Shown piece after piece: positions 15,913-31,900 of a stretch of 64,000 nt of DNA (positions are counted from its first letter, which is position 1; each line of letters opens with the position of its first letter). Made by a program: the position numbers and the translations under genes. Where the stretch lies: positions 404,240,001 to 404,304,000 of the forward strand of contig OZ024741.1 in the NCBI GenBank assembly GCA_964016885.1, written 5' to 3'. The notes under the pieces were generated by a model. The model was not told where the DNA came from and made no database searches. It saw only the letters and a list, made by a program, of their open reading frames with translations. The DNA is from Eledone cirrhosa. Lineage: Eukaryota.

Positions 15913-18215
15913 CATTATTACCATCACCAGACCTTCTACAACTTCTTCCAATCTACCATTCCTACCATCACCAGACGTTCTACTGTTTCTTCCAATCTAC
16001 CATTTCTACCATCACCAGACCTTCTACAACCTCTTCCAATCCACCATTTCTACCATCACCATACCTTCTACCACTTCTTCCAATCTTCCATTCCTACCAT
16101 CACCAGACGTTCTACTACTCTTCCTATCTACCATTCCTACCATCACCAAACCCTCTCCAACCTCTTCCAATATAGCATTCCTACCATCAGCAGATGTTCT
16201 ACCTCTTCTGCTAATATACCATTCCTACCATCAACACACGTACTACCACTTCTGCCAATCTACCATTCCTACCATCACCACACGTTCTACCAATTATGCC
16301 AATCTATCATTCCTACCATCACCACAGGTTCTACCATTTCTGCCAAACTACCATCCCTACCATCACCAGACGTTCTACCACTTCTTCCAATCTTCCATTC
16401 CTACCAACACCAGACCTTCTACCACTTCTGCCAATCTACCATTCCTACCATCACCAGACATTCTACCACTTCTTCCAATCTTCCATTCCTACCATCACCA
16501 GACCTTCTTCCACTTCTGTCAATCTACCATTTCTACTATCACCAGACCTTCTACAACTTCTTCCAACTACCATTTCTACCATCACCTGACGTTCTACAAC
16601 TTCTTCCAATCTACCATTCCTACCATCACCTGACATTCTACCGTTTCTTCCAAACTATCATTCCTACCATCACCAGACGTTCTACCACTTCTTCCAATCT
16701 ACCATTCCTACCATCACCAAACCTTCTACAACCTCTTCCAATCTACCATTCCTACCATCAACAGACGTTCTACCACTTCTTCCAATCTTCCATTCCTACC
16801 ATCACCAGACCTTCTACCACTTCTGCCAATCTACCATTCCTACCATCACCACACGTTCTACCACTTCTGCCAATCTACCATTCTTACCATCGCCTGACGT
16901 TCTACCGTTTCTTCCAATTTACCATTCCTACCATCACCAGACGTTCTACAATTTCTTCCAATCTACCATTCCTACCATCACCAAACCTTCTACAACCACT
17001 TCCAATCTACCATTCCTACCATCACCAGATGTTATACCACTTCTGCCGATCTACCATTCCTACCATCACCACACGTTCTACCACTTCTTCAAATCTACCA
17101 TTCCTACCATCACCACACGTTCTACCACTTCTGCCAATCTACCATTCCTACCATCAGCAGACGTTCTACCGTTTCTTCAAATTTACCATTCCTACCATCA
17201 CTTGATGTTCTACAACTTCTTCCAATCTACCATTCCTACCATCACTTGACGTTCTACAACTTCTTCCAATCTATCATTCTTACCCTCACCCGACGTTCTA
17301 CAATTTCTTCCAATCTACCATTCCTACCATCACCAGACGTTCTACCACTTCTTCCAATCTACCATTCCTACCAGCACCAAACCTTCTACAACCTCTTCCA
17401 ATCTACTATTCCTACCATCACCAGACGTTCTACCACTTCTGCCAATCTACCATTCCTACCATCAGCAGACGTTCTACCGTTTCTTCCAATTTACCATTCC
17501 TACCATCACTTGCCGTTCTACAACTTCTTCCAAACTACTATTCCTACCATCACCAGACGTTCTACCACTTCTGCCAATCTACCATTCCTACCATCAGCAG
17601 ACCTTCTACCGTTTCTTCCAATTTACCATTCCTACCATCACTTGACATTCTACAACTTCTTCCAAACTACCATTCCTACCATCACCAGACGTTCTACCAC
17701 TTCTGCCAATCTACCATTCCTACCATCAGCAGACGTTCTACCGTTTCTTCCAATTTACCATTCCTACCATCACTTGACGTTCTACAACTTCTTCCAATTT
17801 ACCATTATTATCATCACCTGACGTTCTACAATTTCTTCCAAACTACCATTCTTACCATCACCTGACGTTCTACAATTTCTTCCAATCTACCATTCTTACT
17901 ATCACCTGACGTTCTACAACTTCTTCCAATCTATCATTCTTACCCTCACCTGACGTTCTACCACTTCTTCCAATCTACCATTCCTACCATCACCAAACCT
18001 TCTACAACCTCTTCCAATCTACTATTCCTACCATCACCAGACGTTCTACCACTTCTGCCAATATACCATTCCTACCATCACCAGACGTTCTACCGTTTCT
18101 TCCAATTTACCATTCCTACCATCACTTGACGTTCTACAACTTCTTCCAAACTACCATTCCTACCATCACCAGACGTTCTACACCTTTTCCAAACTACCAT
18201 TCCTACAATCACCAG
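15884..18215. repeat. 44-bp minisatellite, consensus CCAGACGTTCTACCACTTCTTCCAATCTACCATTCCTACCATCA, about 53 copies
   Basis: Tandem 44-bp period. The ORF-track peptides cycle through three frames every 132 nt, as expected for a unit that is not a multiple of 3. Confidence 0.95.
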
Positions 18216-18350
18216 CTTTCACTTCACTGTGTATATCCGCACATCAAAAACACCCATACCTCTCACCATTCCCTCTATCATGTCCCCCTCAGCTAACATC
18301 ATCATCATATATAAGATCCATATTACAACTATTACCACATACATATAATG

Positions 18351-18460
18351 GGTTTCTGATTAAAGCACAAGGCCAGAAATTTGGAGGAAGAGAAATTCGA
18401 TTAAATTGACACCACTGTATGACTGGTACTTTATTTTACCGTAAAGATGAAATGCAAAGG
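18351..18460 (-). mobile_element. SINE family A 3' half
   Basis: GCACAAGGCCAG...GACTGGTACTTTATTTT...GATGAAATGCAAAG, truncated where the 21-bp array starts. Confidence 0.75.
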
Positions 18461-19900
18461 TAACAACTACCACCATTCCACAACAACTACCACCATTCCA
18501 CAACAGCTACCACATTTCCATAACAACTACCGCCACTCCACAACAACTGCCACCACTCCACCATTCCACAACAACTACCACCACTCCACAACAACTACTA
18601 CTACTCCACAACAACTACAACCACTCCACAACAACTACCACCACTCCACAACAAATACCACCACTCCACCATTCCACAACAACTACCACCACTCCACAAC
18701 AACTACCACCTCTCCACAACAATTATCACCACTCCAGCACTCCACAACAACTGCCACCACTCCACCACTCCACAACAACTACCACCAATCCACCACTCCA
18801 CAAAAACTACCACCACTCCACCACTCAACAACAACTACGACCACTCCACAACTCCGCAGCAACTACCACCACTCCACAACAACGACCACCAATCCGCAAC
18901 AACTATCACCACTCCGCAACAAATACCACCACTCCACCACTCCACAAAATCTATCACCACTCCACAGCAACTACCACCACTCCACCACCCCACAACAACT
19001 ACCACCAATCCACAACATCTACCACCACTCCACAACAAATACCATCACTCCACCACTCCACAACAACTACCACAAATCCACCACTCCATCACTCCACCAA
19101 TCCACAACAACTACCACCACTCCACAACAACTATCATCACTCCACCACCCCACAACAACTACCACCACCCCACAAAAACTACCAACACTCCACCATTCCA
19201 CGACAACTACCACCACTCCACCATTACACAACAACTACCACCACTCCACAACAACTACCACCTCTCCACAACAATTATAAGCACTCCAGCACTCTACAAC
19301 TACCATCACTCCACCACTCCACAACAACTACCACCAATCCACCACTCCACCACTCCAATCCACAAAAACTACCACCACTCCACCACTCCACAACAACTAC
19401 CACCAATCCACCACTCCACCACTCCACCAATCCACATCAACTACCACCACTCCACAAAAACTACCATCACTACACCTCTCCACAACAACTACCACCAATC
19501 TACCACTCCACCAATCCCAAACAACTACCACCACTTCACAGCAACTACGACTACTCCACCACTCCACAACAACTACCCCCGCTCCACAACAACTACCACC
19601 ACTCCACAACAACTACCACCACTCCACAACAACTATAACCACTCCAGCACTCCACAACTACCATCACTCCACCACTCAACAACAACTACCACCAATCCAC
19701 CACTCCACCAGTCCACCAATCCACAAAAACAACCACCACTCCACAACTCCACAACAACTACCACCACTAACACCACCACAACCACCATTCCACAACAACT
19801 ACCCCCACTCCACGACAACTACCACCAGTACACAACTCCACAACAACTACCGCCACTAACACCACCACAACCACCACTCCACAACAACTACCCCCACTTC
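18461..19900. repeat. Irregular ~21-bp minisatellite (CCACTCCACAACAACTACCA-based)
   Basis: Repeated CACTCCACAACAACTACCAC units with 9-bp CCACTCCA insertions. Confidence 0.9.
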
Positions 19901-22900
19901 ACGACTACTACCACTACCAACAGCGCCAGCACCACTACAACCACCACAAACAACACCACTACAACCACCAATACCAACACCACCACAGCCATCACTACCA
20001 ACAGCGCATGCACCACCACAACCACCACTACCAACACCACCACAACCACCACTACCAACACCACCACAGCCACCACTACCAACACCACCACAACCACCAC
20101 TACCAAATTCGCCAGCACCATCACAACCACCAACAGAGCCAACACCACCACAGCCACCACTACTAACACCACCACAACCACCACTACCAACACCACCAAA
20201 ACCACCACTACCAACTTCGCCAGCACCACCACAACCACCACTACCAACACCACCACAACCACCACTACCAACACCACCACTACCATCACCACCACAACCA
20301 CCACTACCAACAGCGCCAACACCATCACAACCACCACTAACAACAGAGCCAACACCACCATAACCACCACTACCAACACCACCACAACCACCACTACCAA
20401 CAGCACCAACACCACTACAACCACCACTACCAATACCACCACAACCACCACTACCAACACCACCACAACCACCACTACCAACACCACTACAACCACCACT
20501 ACCAACACCACCACAATCACCACTACCAACACCACCACAACCACTACTACCAACAGCGCCAACACCAACACAACCACCACTACCAACACCACCACAACCA
20601 CTACTACCAACAGCGCCAACACCAACACAACCACCACTACCAACACCACACAACCACCACTACCAACACCACCACAACCACCACTACCAACACCACCACA
20701 ACCACCACTACGAATAGCGCCAACACCACTACAACCACCACTACCAACACCACCACAGCCACGACTACCAACACCAGCCCAACCGCCACTACCAACACCA
20801 CCACAGCCACGACTACCAACACCACCACAACCACCACTACCAACACCACTACAACCACCACTACCAACACCACCACAACCACCACTACCAACACCACTAC
20901 AACCACCACTACCAACACCACCACAAACACCACTACCAACACCACCACAACCACCACTACCAACCCCACCACAACCACCACTACCAACAGCACCACCAAA
21001 ACCACCAAAACCACCACTACCAACACCACCACAACCACCACTACCAACAGCGCCAGCACCACCACAACCACCAGTACCAACAGCACCACCACAACCACCA
21101 CAACCACCACTACCAACACCACCACATCCACTACTACCAACAGCGCCAACACCAACAAAACCACCACTACCAACACCAACACAACCACCACTACCAACAC
21201 CACCACAACCACCACTACCAACAGCGCCAACACCAATACAACCACCACTACCAACACCACACAACCACCACTACCAACACCACCACAACCACCACTACCA
21301 ACACCACCACAACCACCACTACCAACAGCGCCAACACCACTACAACCACCACTACCAACACCACCACAGCCACCACTACCAACACCAGCCCAACCACCAC
21401 TACCAACACCACCACAGCCACGACTACCAACACAACCACAACCACCACCACTACCAACACCACTACAACCACCACTACCAACACCACCACAACCACCACT
21501 ACCAACACCACTACAACCACCACTACCAACACCACCACAACCACCACAACCAACCCCACCACAACCACCACTACCAACAGCACCACCAAAACCACCAAAA
21601 CCACCACTACCAACACCACCACAACCACCACTACCAACAGCGCCAGCACCACCACAACCACCAGTACCAACAGCACCACCACAACCACCACACCACCACT
21701 ACCAACACCACCACAACCACCACTACCAACAGCACCACCAAAACCACCCAAACCACCACTACCAACACCACCACAACCACCACTACCAACAGCGCCAGCA
21801 CCACCACAACCACCAGTACCAACAGCACCACCACAACCACCACAACCACCACTACCAACACCACCACAACCACCACTACCAACGCCACCACAACCACCAC
21901 TAACAACAGCGCCAACACCACTACAACCGCCACTACCAACACCACCACAGCCACCACTCCCACACCGCCAACACCACCACAAACACCACTACCAACAGCG
22001 CCAACACCACCACAACCACCACTACCAACACCACCACAACCACCACTACCAACAGCGCCAACACCACCACAACCACCACTACCAACACCACCACAACCAC
22101 CACCACCAACAGCGCCAACACCACTACAACCACCACTTCCAACACAACAAAAACCACCACTACCAACACCACCACAACCACCACGACCAACAGCGCCAAC
22201 ACCACTACAACCACCACTACCAACACCACCACAACCACCACTACCAACAGCGCCAACAACACCACAACCACCACTACCAACATCACCCAGCCACCACTAC
22301 CAACAGCGCCAACACCACCACAACCACCACTACCAACAGCGCCAACACCACCACAACCACCACTACCAACACCACCACAACCACCACTACCAACAGCGCC
22401 AACACCACTACAACCACCACTACCAACACCACCACAGCCACGACTACCAACAGCACCACAACCACCACTACAACCACCACTACCAACACCACCACAACCA
22501 CCACTAACAACACCACCACAGCCACGACTACCAACAGCACCACAACCACCACCACCAACAGCGCCAACACCACCACAACCACCACTACAACCACCACTAC
22601 CAACACCACCACAACCACCACTACCAACACCACCACAGCCACCACAGCCACCACTACCACCACTACCAACACCACTACAACCACCACCACCAACAGCGCC
22701 AACACCACTACAACCACCACTACCAACACCACCACAACCACCACTACCAACACCACCACAGCTACCACTAACAACAGCGCCAACACCACCCCAACCACCA
22801 CTACCAACACCACTACAACCACCACTACCATCACCACCACAACCACCACTACCAACAGCGCCAACACCACTACAACCACCACTACCAACACCACTACAAC

Positions 22901-25900
22901 CACCACTACCAACAGCGCCAACACCACTACAAACACCACTACCAACACCAGCACAACCACCACTACCAACACCCCCACAACCACCACCACCAACAGCGCC
23001 AACACCACTACAACCACCACTACCATCACCACCACAACCACCACTACCAACAGCGCCAACAGCACTACAACCACCACTACCAACACCACTACAACCACCA
23101 CCACCAACAGCGCCAACACCACTACAACCACCACTACCAACACCACCACAACCACCACTACCAACACCCCCACAGCCACCACAACCAACAGCGCCAACGC
23201 CACCCCAACCACCACTACCAACACCACCACAACCACCACCACCAACAGCGCCAACACCACTACAACCACCACTATCAACACCAGCACAGCCACCACTACC
23301 AACACCACCACAACCACCACCACCAACAGCGCCAACACCACTACAACCACCACTAACATCACCACCACAACCACCACAACCAACAGCGCCAACACCACTA
23401 CAACCACCACTACCAACACCACTACAACCCCCACTACCAACACCACCACAACCACCACCACCAACAGCGCCAACACCACTACAACCACCACTACCAACAC
23501 CACCACAGCCACCACTACCAACACCACCACAACCACCACCACCAACAGCGCCAACACCACTAAACCACCACTACCAACACCACCACAGCCACCACTACCT
23601 ACACCACCACAACCACCACCACCGACAGCGCCAACACCACTACAACCACCACTACCAACACCACCACAACCACCACCACCAACAGCGCCAACACCACTAC
23701 AACCGCCACTACCAACACCACTACAACCACCAATACCAACAGCGCCAACACCACTACAACCACCACTACCAACACCCCCACAGCCACCACTACCAACAGC
23801 GCCAACGCCACCCCAACCACCACTACCAACACCACCACAACCACCACCACCAACAGCGCCAACACCACTACAACCACCACTACCAACACCACCACAGCCA
23901 CCACTACCAACACCACTACAACCACCACTACCAACAGCGCCAACACCACTACAACCACCACTACCAACACCCCCACAGCCACCACTACCAACAGCGCCAA
24001 CGCCACCCCAACCACCACTACCAACACCAGCACGGCAACCACTACCAACACCACCACAACCACCACCACCAACAGCGCCAACACCACTACAACCACCACT
24101 ACGAACACCACCACAACCACCACCACCAACAGCGCCAACACCACTACAACCACCACTACCAACACCACTACAACCACCACTACCAACAGCGCCAACACCA
24201 CTACAACCACCACTACCAACACCACTACAACCACCACTACCATCACCACCACAACCACCACTACCAACAGCGCCAACACCACCCCAACCACCACTACCAA
24301 CACCACCACCACCACCACCACCAACAGCGCCAACACCACTACAACCACCACTACCAACACCACCACAACCACCACCACCAACAGCGCCAACACCACTACA
24401 ACCACCGCTACGAACACCACCACAACCACCACCAACAGCGCCAACACCACTACAACCACCACTACCAACACCACTACAACCACCACTACCAAGAGCGCCA
24501 ACACCACTACAACCACCACTACCAACACCACTACAACCACCACTACCATCACCACCACAACCACCACTACCAACAGCGCCAACACCACCCCAACCACCAC
24601 TACCAACACCACCACCACCACCACCACCAACAGCGCCAACACCACTACAACCACCACTACCAACACCACTACAACCACCCCTACCAACAGCGCCAACACC
24701 ACTACAACCACCACTACCAACACCACTACAACCACCACTACCAACATCACTACAACCACCACTACCAACAGCACCAACACCACTACAACCACCACTACCA
24801 ACACCACTACAACCACCACTACCAACATCACTACAACCACCACTACCATCACCACCACAACCACCACTACAAACAGCGCCAACACCACCCCAACCACCAC
24901 TACCAACACCACCACAACCACCACCACCAACAGCGCCAACACCACTACAACCACCACTACCAACAGCACTACAACCACCACTACCAACATCACTACAACC
25001 ACCACTACCATCACCACCACAACCACCACTACCAACAGCGCCAACACCACCCCAACCACCACTACCAACACAACCACAACCACCACCACCAACAGCGCCA
25101 ACACCACTACAACCACCACTACCAACACCACCACAGCCACCACTACCAACACCACCACAGCTACCACTACCAACAGCGCCAACACCACCCCAACCACCAC
25201 TACCAACACCACCACAACCACCACCACCAACAGCGCCAACAGCACTACAACCACCACTACCAACACCAGCACAGCCACCACTACCAACACCACCACAACC
25301 ACCACCACCAACAGCGCCAACACCAATACAACCACCACTACCATCACCACCACAACCACCACAACCAACAGCGCCAACACCACTACAACCACCACTACCA
25401 ACACCACTACAACCACCACTACCAACACCACCACAACAACCACCACCAACAGCGCCAATACCACTACAACTACCACTACCAATACCACCACAGCCACCAC
25501 TACCAACACCACCACAGCCACCACTACCAACAGCGCCAACACCACTACAACCACCACTACCAACACCACCACAACCACCACCACCAACAGCGCCAACACC
25601 ACTGCAACCACCACTACCAACACCACTACAACCACCACTACCAACACCACCACAACCACCACCACCAACAGCGCCAACACCACTACAACCACCACTACCA
25701 ACACCACTACAACCACCACTACCAACACCACTACAACCACCAATACCAACAGCGCCAACACCACTACAACCACCACTACCAACACCCCCACAGCCACCAC
25801 TACCAACAGCGCCAACGCCACCCCAACCACCACTACCAACACCACCACAACCACCACCACCAACAGCGCCAACACCACTACAACCACCACTACCGACACC

Positions 25901-28900
25901 ACCACAGCCACCACTACCAACACCACTACAACCACCACTACCAACAGCGCCAACACCACTACAACCACCACTACCAACACCCCCACAGCCACCACTACCA
26001 ACAGCGCCAACGCCACCCCAACCACCACTACCAACACCAGCACGGCAACCACTACCAACACCACCACAACCACCACCACCAACAGCGCCAACACCACTAC
26101 AACCACCACTACCAACACCAGCACAGCAATCACTACCAACACCACCACAACCACCACCACCAACAGCGCCAACACCACTACAACCACCACTACGAACACC
26201 ACCACAACCACCACCACCAACAGCGCCAACACCACTACAACCACCACTACCAACACCACTACAACCACCACTACCAACAGCGCCAACACCACTACAACCA
26301 CCACTACCAACACCACTACAACCACCACTACCATCACCACCACAACCACCACTACCAACAGCGCCAACACCACCCCAACCACCACTACCAACACCACCAC
26401 CACCACCACCACCAACAGCGCCAACACCACTACAACCACCACTATCAACACCACCACAACCACCACCACCAACAGCGCCAACACCACTACAACCACCACT
26501 ACCAACACCACCACAGCCACCACTACCAACACCACTACAACCACCACTACCAACAGCGCCAACACCACTACAACCACCACTACCAACACCCCCACAGCCA
26601 CCACTACCAACAGCGCCAACGCCACCCCAACCACCACTACCAACACCACCACAACCACCACCACCAACAGCGCCAACACCACTACAACCACGACTACCAA
26701 CACCACCACAACCACCACCACCAACAGCGCCAACACCACTACAACCGCCACTACCAACACCACTACAACCACCAATACCAACAGCGCCAACACCACTACA
26801 ACCACCACTACCAACACCCCCACAGCCACCACTATCAACAGCGCCAACGCCACCCCAACCACCACTACCAACACCACCACAACCACCACCACCAACAGCG
26901 CCAACACCACTACAACCACCACTACGAACACCACCACAGCCACCACTATCAACACCACTACAACCACCACTACCAACAGCGCCAACACCACTACAACCAC
27001 CACTACCAACACCCCCACAGCCACCACTGCCAACAGCGCCAACGCCACCCCAACCACCACTACCAACACCAGCACAGCAACCACTACCAACACCACCACA
27101 ACCACCACCACCAACAGCGCCAACACCACTACAACCACCACTACCAACACCAGCACAGCAATCACTACCAACACCACCACAACCACCACCACCAACAGCG
27201 CCAACACCACTACAACCACCACTACGAACACCACCACAACCACCACCACCAACAGCGCCAACACCACTACAACCACCACTACCAACACCACTACAACCAC
27301 CACTACCAACAGCGCCAACACCACTACAACCACCACTACCAACACCACTACAACCACCACTACCATCACCACCACAACCACCACTACCAACAGCGCCAAC
27401 ACCACCCCAACCACCACTACCAACACCACCACCACCACCACCACCAACAGCCCCAACACCACTACAACCACCACTACCAACACCACTACAACCACCACTA
27501 CCAACAGCGCCAACACCACTACAACCACCACTACCAACACCACCACAACCACCACTACCAACAGCGCCAACACCACTACAACCACCACTACCAACACCAC
27601 TACAACCACCACTACCAACATCACTACAACCACCACTACCATCACCACCACAACCACCACTACCAACAGCGCCAACACCACCCCAACCACCACTACCAAC
27701 ACCACCACAACCACCACCACCAACAGCGCCAACACCACTACAACCACCACTACCAACACCACCACAGCCACCACTACCAACACCACCACAGCTACCACTA
27801 CCAACAGCGTCAACACCACCCCAACCACCACTACCAACACCACCACAACCACCACCACCAACAGCGACAACAGCACTACAACCACCACTACCAACACCAG
27901 CACAGCCACCACTACCAACACCACCACAACCACCACCACCAACAGCGCCAACACCAATACAACCACCACTACCATCACCACCACAACCACCACAACCAAC
28001 AGCGCCAACACCACTACAACCACCACTACCAACACCACTACAACCACCACTACCAACACCACCACAACAACCACCACCAACAGCGCCAATACCACTACAA
28101 CTACCACTACCAATACCACCACAGCCACCACTACCAACACCACCACAGCCACCACTACCAACAGCGCCAACACCACCACAACCACCACTACCAACACCAC
28201 CACAACCACCACTACCAACAGCGCCAACACCACTACAACCACCACTACCAACAGCGCCAACACCACTACAACCACCACTACCAACACCACCACAGCCACC
28301 ACTACCACAACCACCACTACCAACACCACCACAACCACCACCACCAACAGCGCCAACACCACTACAACCACGACTACCAACACCACCACAACCACCACCA
28401 CCAACAGCGCCAACACCACTACAACCGCCACTACCAACACCACTACAACCACCAATACCAACAGCGCCAACACCACTACAACCACCACTACCAACACCCC
28501 CACAGCCACCACTATCAACAGCGCCAACGCCACCCCAACCACCACTACCAACACCACCACAACCACCACCACCAACAGCGCCAACACCACTACAACCACC
28601 ACTACGAACACCACCACAGCCACCACTATCAACACCACTACAACCACCACTACCAACAGCGCCAACACCACTACAACCACCACTACCAACACCCCCACAG
28701 CCACCACTGCCAACAGCGCCAACGCCACCCCAACCACCACTACCAACACCAGCACAGCAACCACTACCAACACCACCACAACCACCACCACCAACAGCGC
28801 CAACACCACTACAACCACCACTACCAACACCAGCACAGCAATCACTACCAACACCACCACAACCACCACCACCAACAGCGCCAACACCACTACAACCACC

Positions 28901-31900
28901 ACTACGAACACCACCACAACCACCACCACCAACAGCGCCAACACCACTACAACCACCACTACCAACACCACTACAACCACCACTACCAACAGCGCCAACA
29001 CCACTACAACCACCACTACCAACACCACTACAACCACCACTACCATCACCACCACAACCACCACTACCAACAGCGCCAACACCACCCCAACCACCACTAC
29101 CAACACCACCACCACCACCACCACCAACAGCCCCAACACCACTACAACCACCACTACCAACACCACTACAACCACCACTACCAACAGCGCCAACACCACT
29201 ACAACCACCACTACCAACACCACCACAACCACCACTACCAACAGCGCCAACACCACTACAACCACCACTACCAACACCACTACAACCACCACTACCAACA
29301 TCACTACAACCACCACTACCATCACCACCACAACCACCACTACCAACAGCGCCAACACCACCCCAACCACCACTACCAACACCACCACAACCACCACCAC
29401 CAACAGCGCCAACACCACTACAACCACCACTACCAACACCACCACAGCCACCACTACCAACACCACCACAGCTACCACTACCAACAGCGTCAACACCACC
29501 CCAACCACCACTACCAACACCACCACAACCACCACCACCAACAGCGACAACAGCACTACAACCACCACTACCAACACCAGCACAGCCACCACTACCAACA
29601 CCACCACAACCACCACCACCAACAGCGCCAACACCAATACAACCACCACTACCATCACCACCACAACCACCACAACCAACAGCGCCAACACCACTACAAC
29701 CACCACTACCAACACCACTACAACCACCACTACCAACACCACCACAACAACCACCACCAACAGCGCCAATACCACTACAACTACCACTACCAATACCACC
29801 ACAGCCACCACTACCAACACCACCACAGCCACCACTACCAACAGCGCCAACACCACCACAACCACCACTACCAACACCACCACAACCACCACTACCAACA
29901 GCGCCAACACCACTACAACCACCACTACCAACAGCGCCAACACCACTACAACCACCACTACCAACACCACCACAGCCACCACTACCACAACCACCACTAC
30001 CAACACCACCACAACCACCACCACCAACAGCGCCAACACCACTACAACCACCACTACCAACACCACCACAACCACCACCACCAACAGCGCCAACACCACT
30101 ACAACCACCACTACCAACACCACCACAGCCACCACTACCAACACCACTACAACCACCACTACCAACAGCGCCAACACCACCACAACCACCACTACCAACA
30201 CCACCACAACCACCACTACCAACAGCGCCAACACCACTACAACCACCACTACCAACACCACTACAACCACCACTACCAACAGCGCCAACACCACTACAAC
30301 CACCACTACCAACACCACCACAACCACCACCACCAACAGCGCCAACACCACTACAACCACCACTACCAACACCACCACAACCAACACCACCAACAGCGCC
30401 AACACCACTACAACCACCACTACCAACACCACTACAACCACCACTACCAACACCACCACAACCACCACTACCAACACCACCACAACCACACCACCAACAG
30501 CGCCAACACCACTACAACCACCACTACCAACACCACCACAACCACCACCACCAACAGCGCCAACACCACTACAACCACCACTACCAACACCACTACAACC
30601 ACCACTACCAACACCACCACAACCACCACTACAAACACAACCACAGCCATCACTACCAACACCACTACAACCAGCACTACCAACAGCGCCAACACCACCA
30701 CAACCACCACTACCAACACCACCACAACCACCACTACCAACAGCGCCAACACCACTACAACCACCACTACCAACACCACTACAACCACCACTACCAACAC
30801 CACCACAACCACCACTACCAACACCACCACAACCACCACTACCAACAGCGCCAACCCCACTACAACCACCACTACCAACACCACCACAGCCACCACTACC
30901 AACACCACCACAACCACCACCACCAACAGCGTCAACACCACTACAACCACCACTACCAACACCACTACAACCACCACCACCAACAGCGCCAACACCACTA
31001 CAACCACCACTACCAACACCACCATAGCCACCACTACCAACACCACCACAACCTCCACCACCAACAGCGCCAACACCACTACAACCACCACTACCAACAC
31101 CACTACAACCACCACTACCAACAGCGCCAACACCACTACTACCACCACTACCAACACCACCACAACCACCACCACCAACAGCGCCAACACCACTACAACC
31201 ACCACTACCAACACCAGCACAACCACCACTACCAACACCACCACAACAACTACCACCAACAGCGCCAACACCACTACAACCACCACTACCAACACCAGCA
31301 CAGCCACCACTACCAACACCACCACAACCACCACCACCAACAGCGCCAACACCACTACAACCACCACTACCAACACCACCACAACCACCACAACCAACAG
31401 CGCCAACACCACTACAACCACCACTACCAACACCACTACAACCACCACTACCAACACCACCACAACCACCACCACCAACAGCGCCAACACCACTACAACC
31501 ACCACTACCAACACCACCACAACCACCACCACCAACAGCGCCAACACCACTACAACCACCACTACCAACACCACTACAACCACCACTACCAAAACCACCA
31601 CAACCACCACCACCAACAGCGCCAACACCACTACAACCACCACTACCAACACCACCACAACCACCACCACCAACAGCGCCAACACCACTACAACCACCAC
31701 TACCAACACCACTACAACCACCACTACCAACAGCGCCAACACCACTACAACCACCACTACCAACACCACCACAACCACCACTACCAACAGCGCCAACACC
31801 ACTACAACCACCACTACCAACACCACTACAACCACCACTACCAACAGCGCCAACACCACTAAAACCACCACTACCAATACCACCACAGCCACCACTACCA

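Noticed and set aside
15824-19280. Long + strand ORFs in the 44-bp and 21-bp arrays
   Set aside because: They are open in several frames because the strand is G-poor. The 44-bp unit is not a multiple of 3 and appears to derive from a SINE head.
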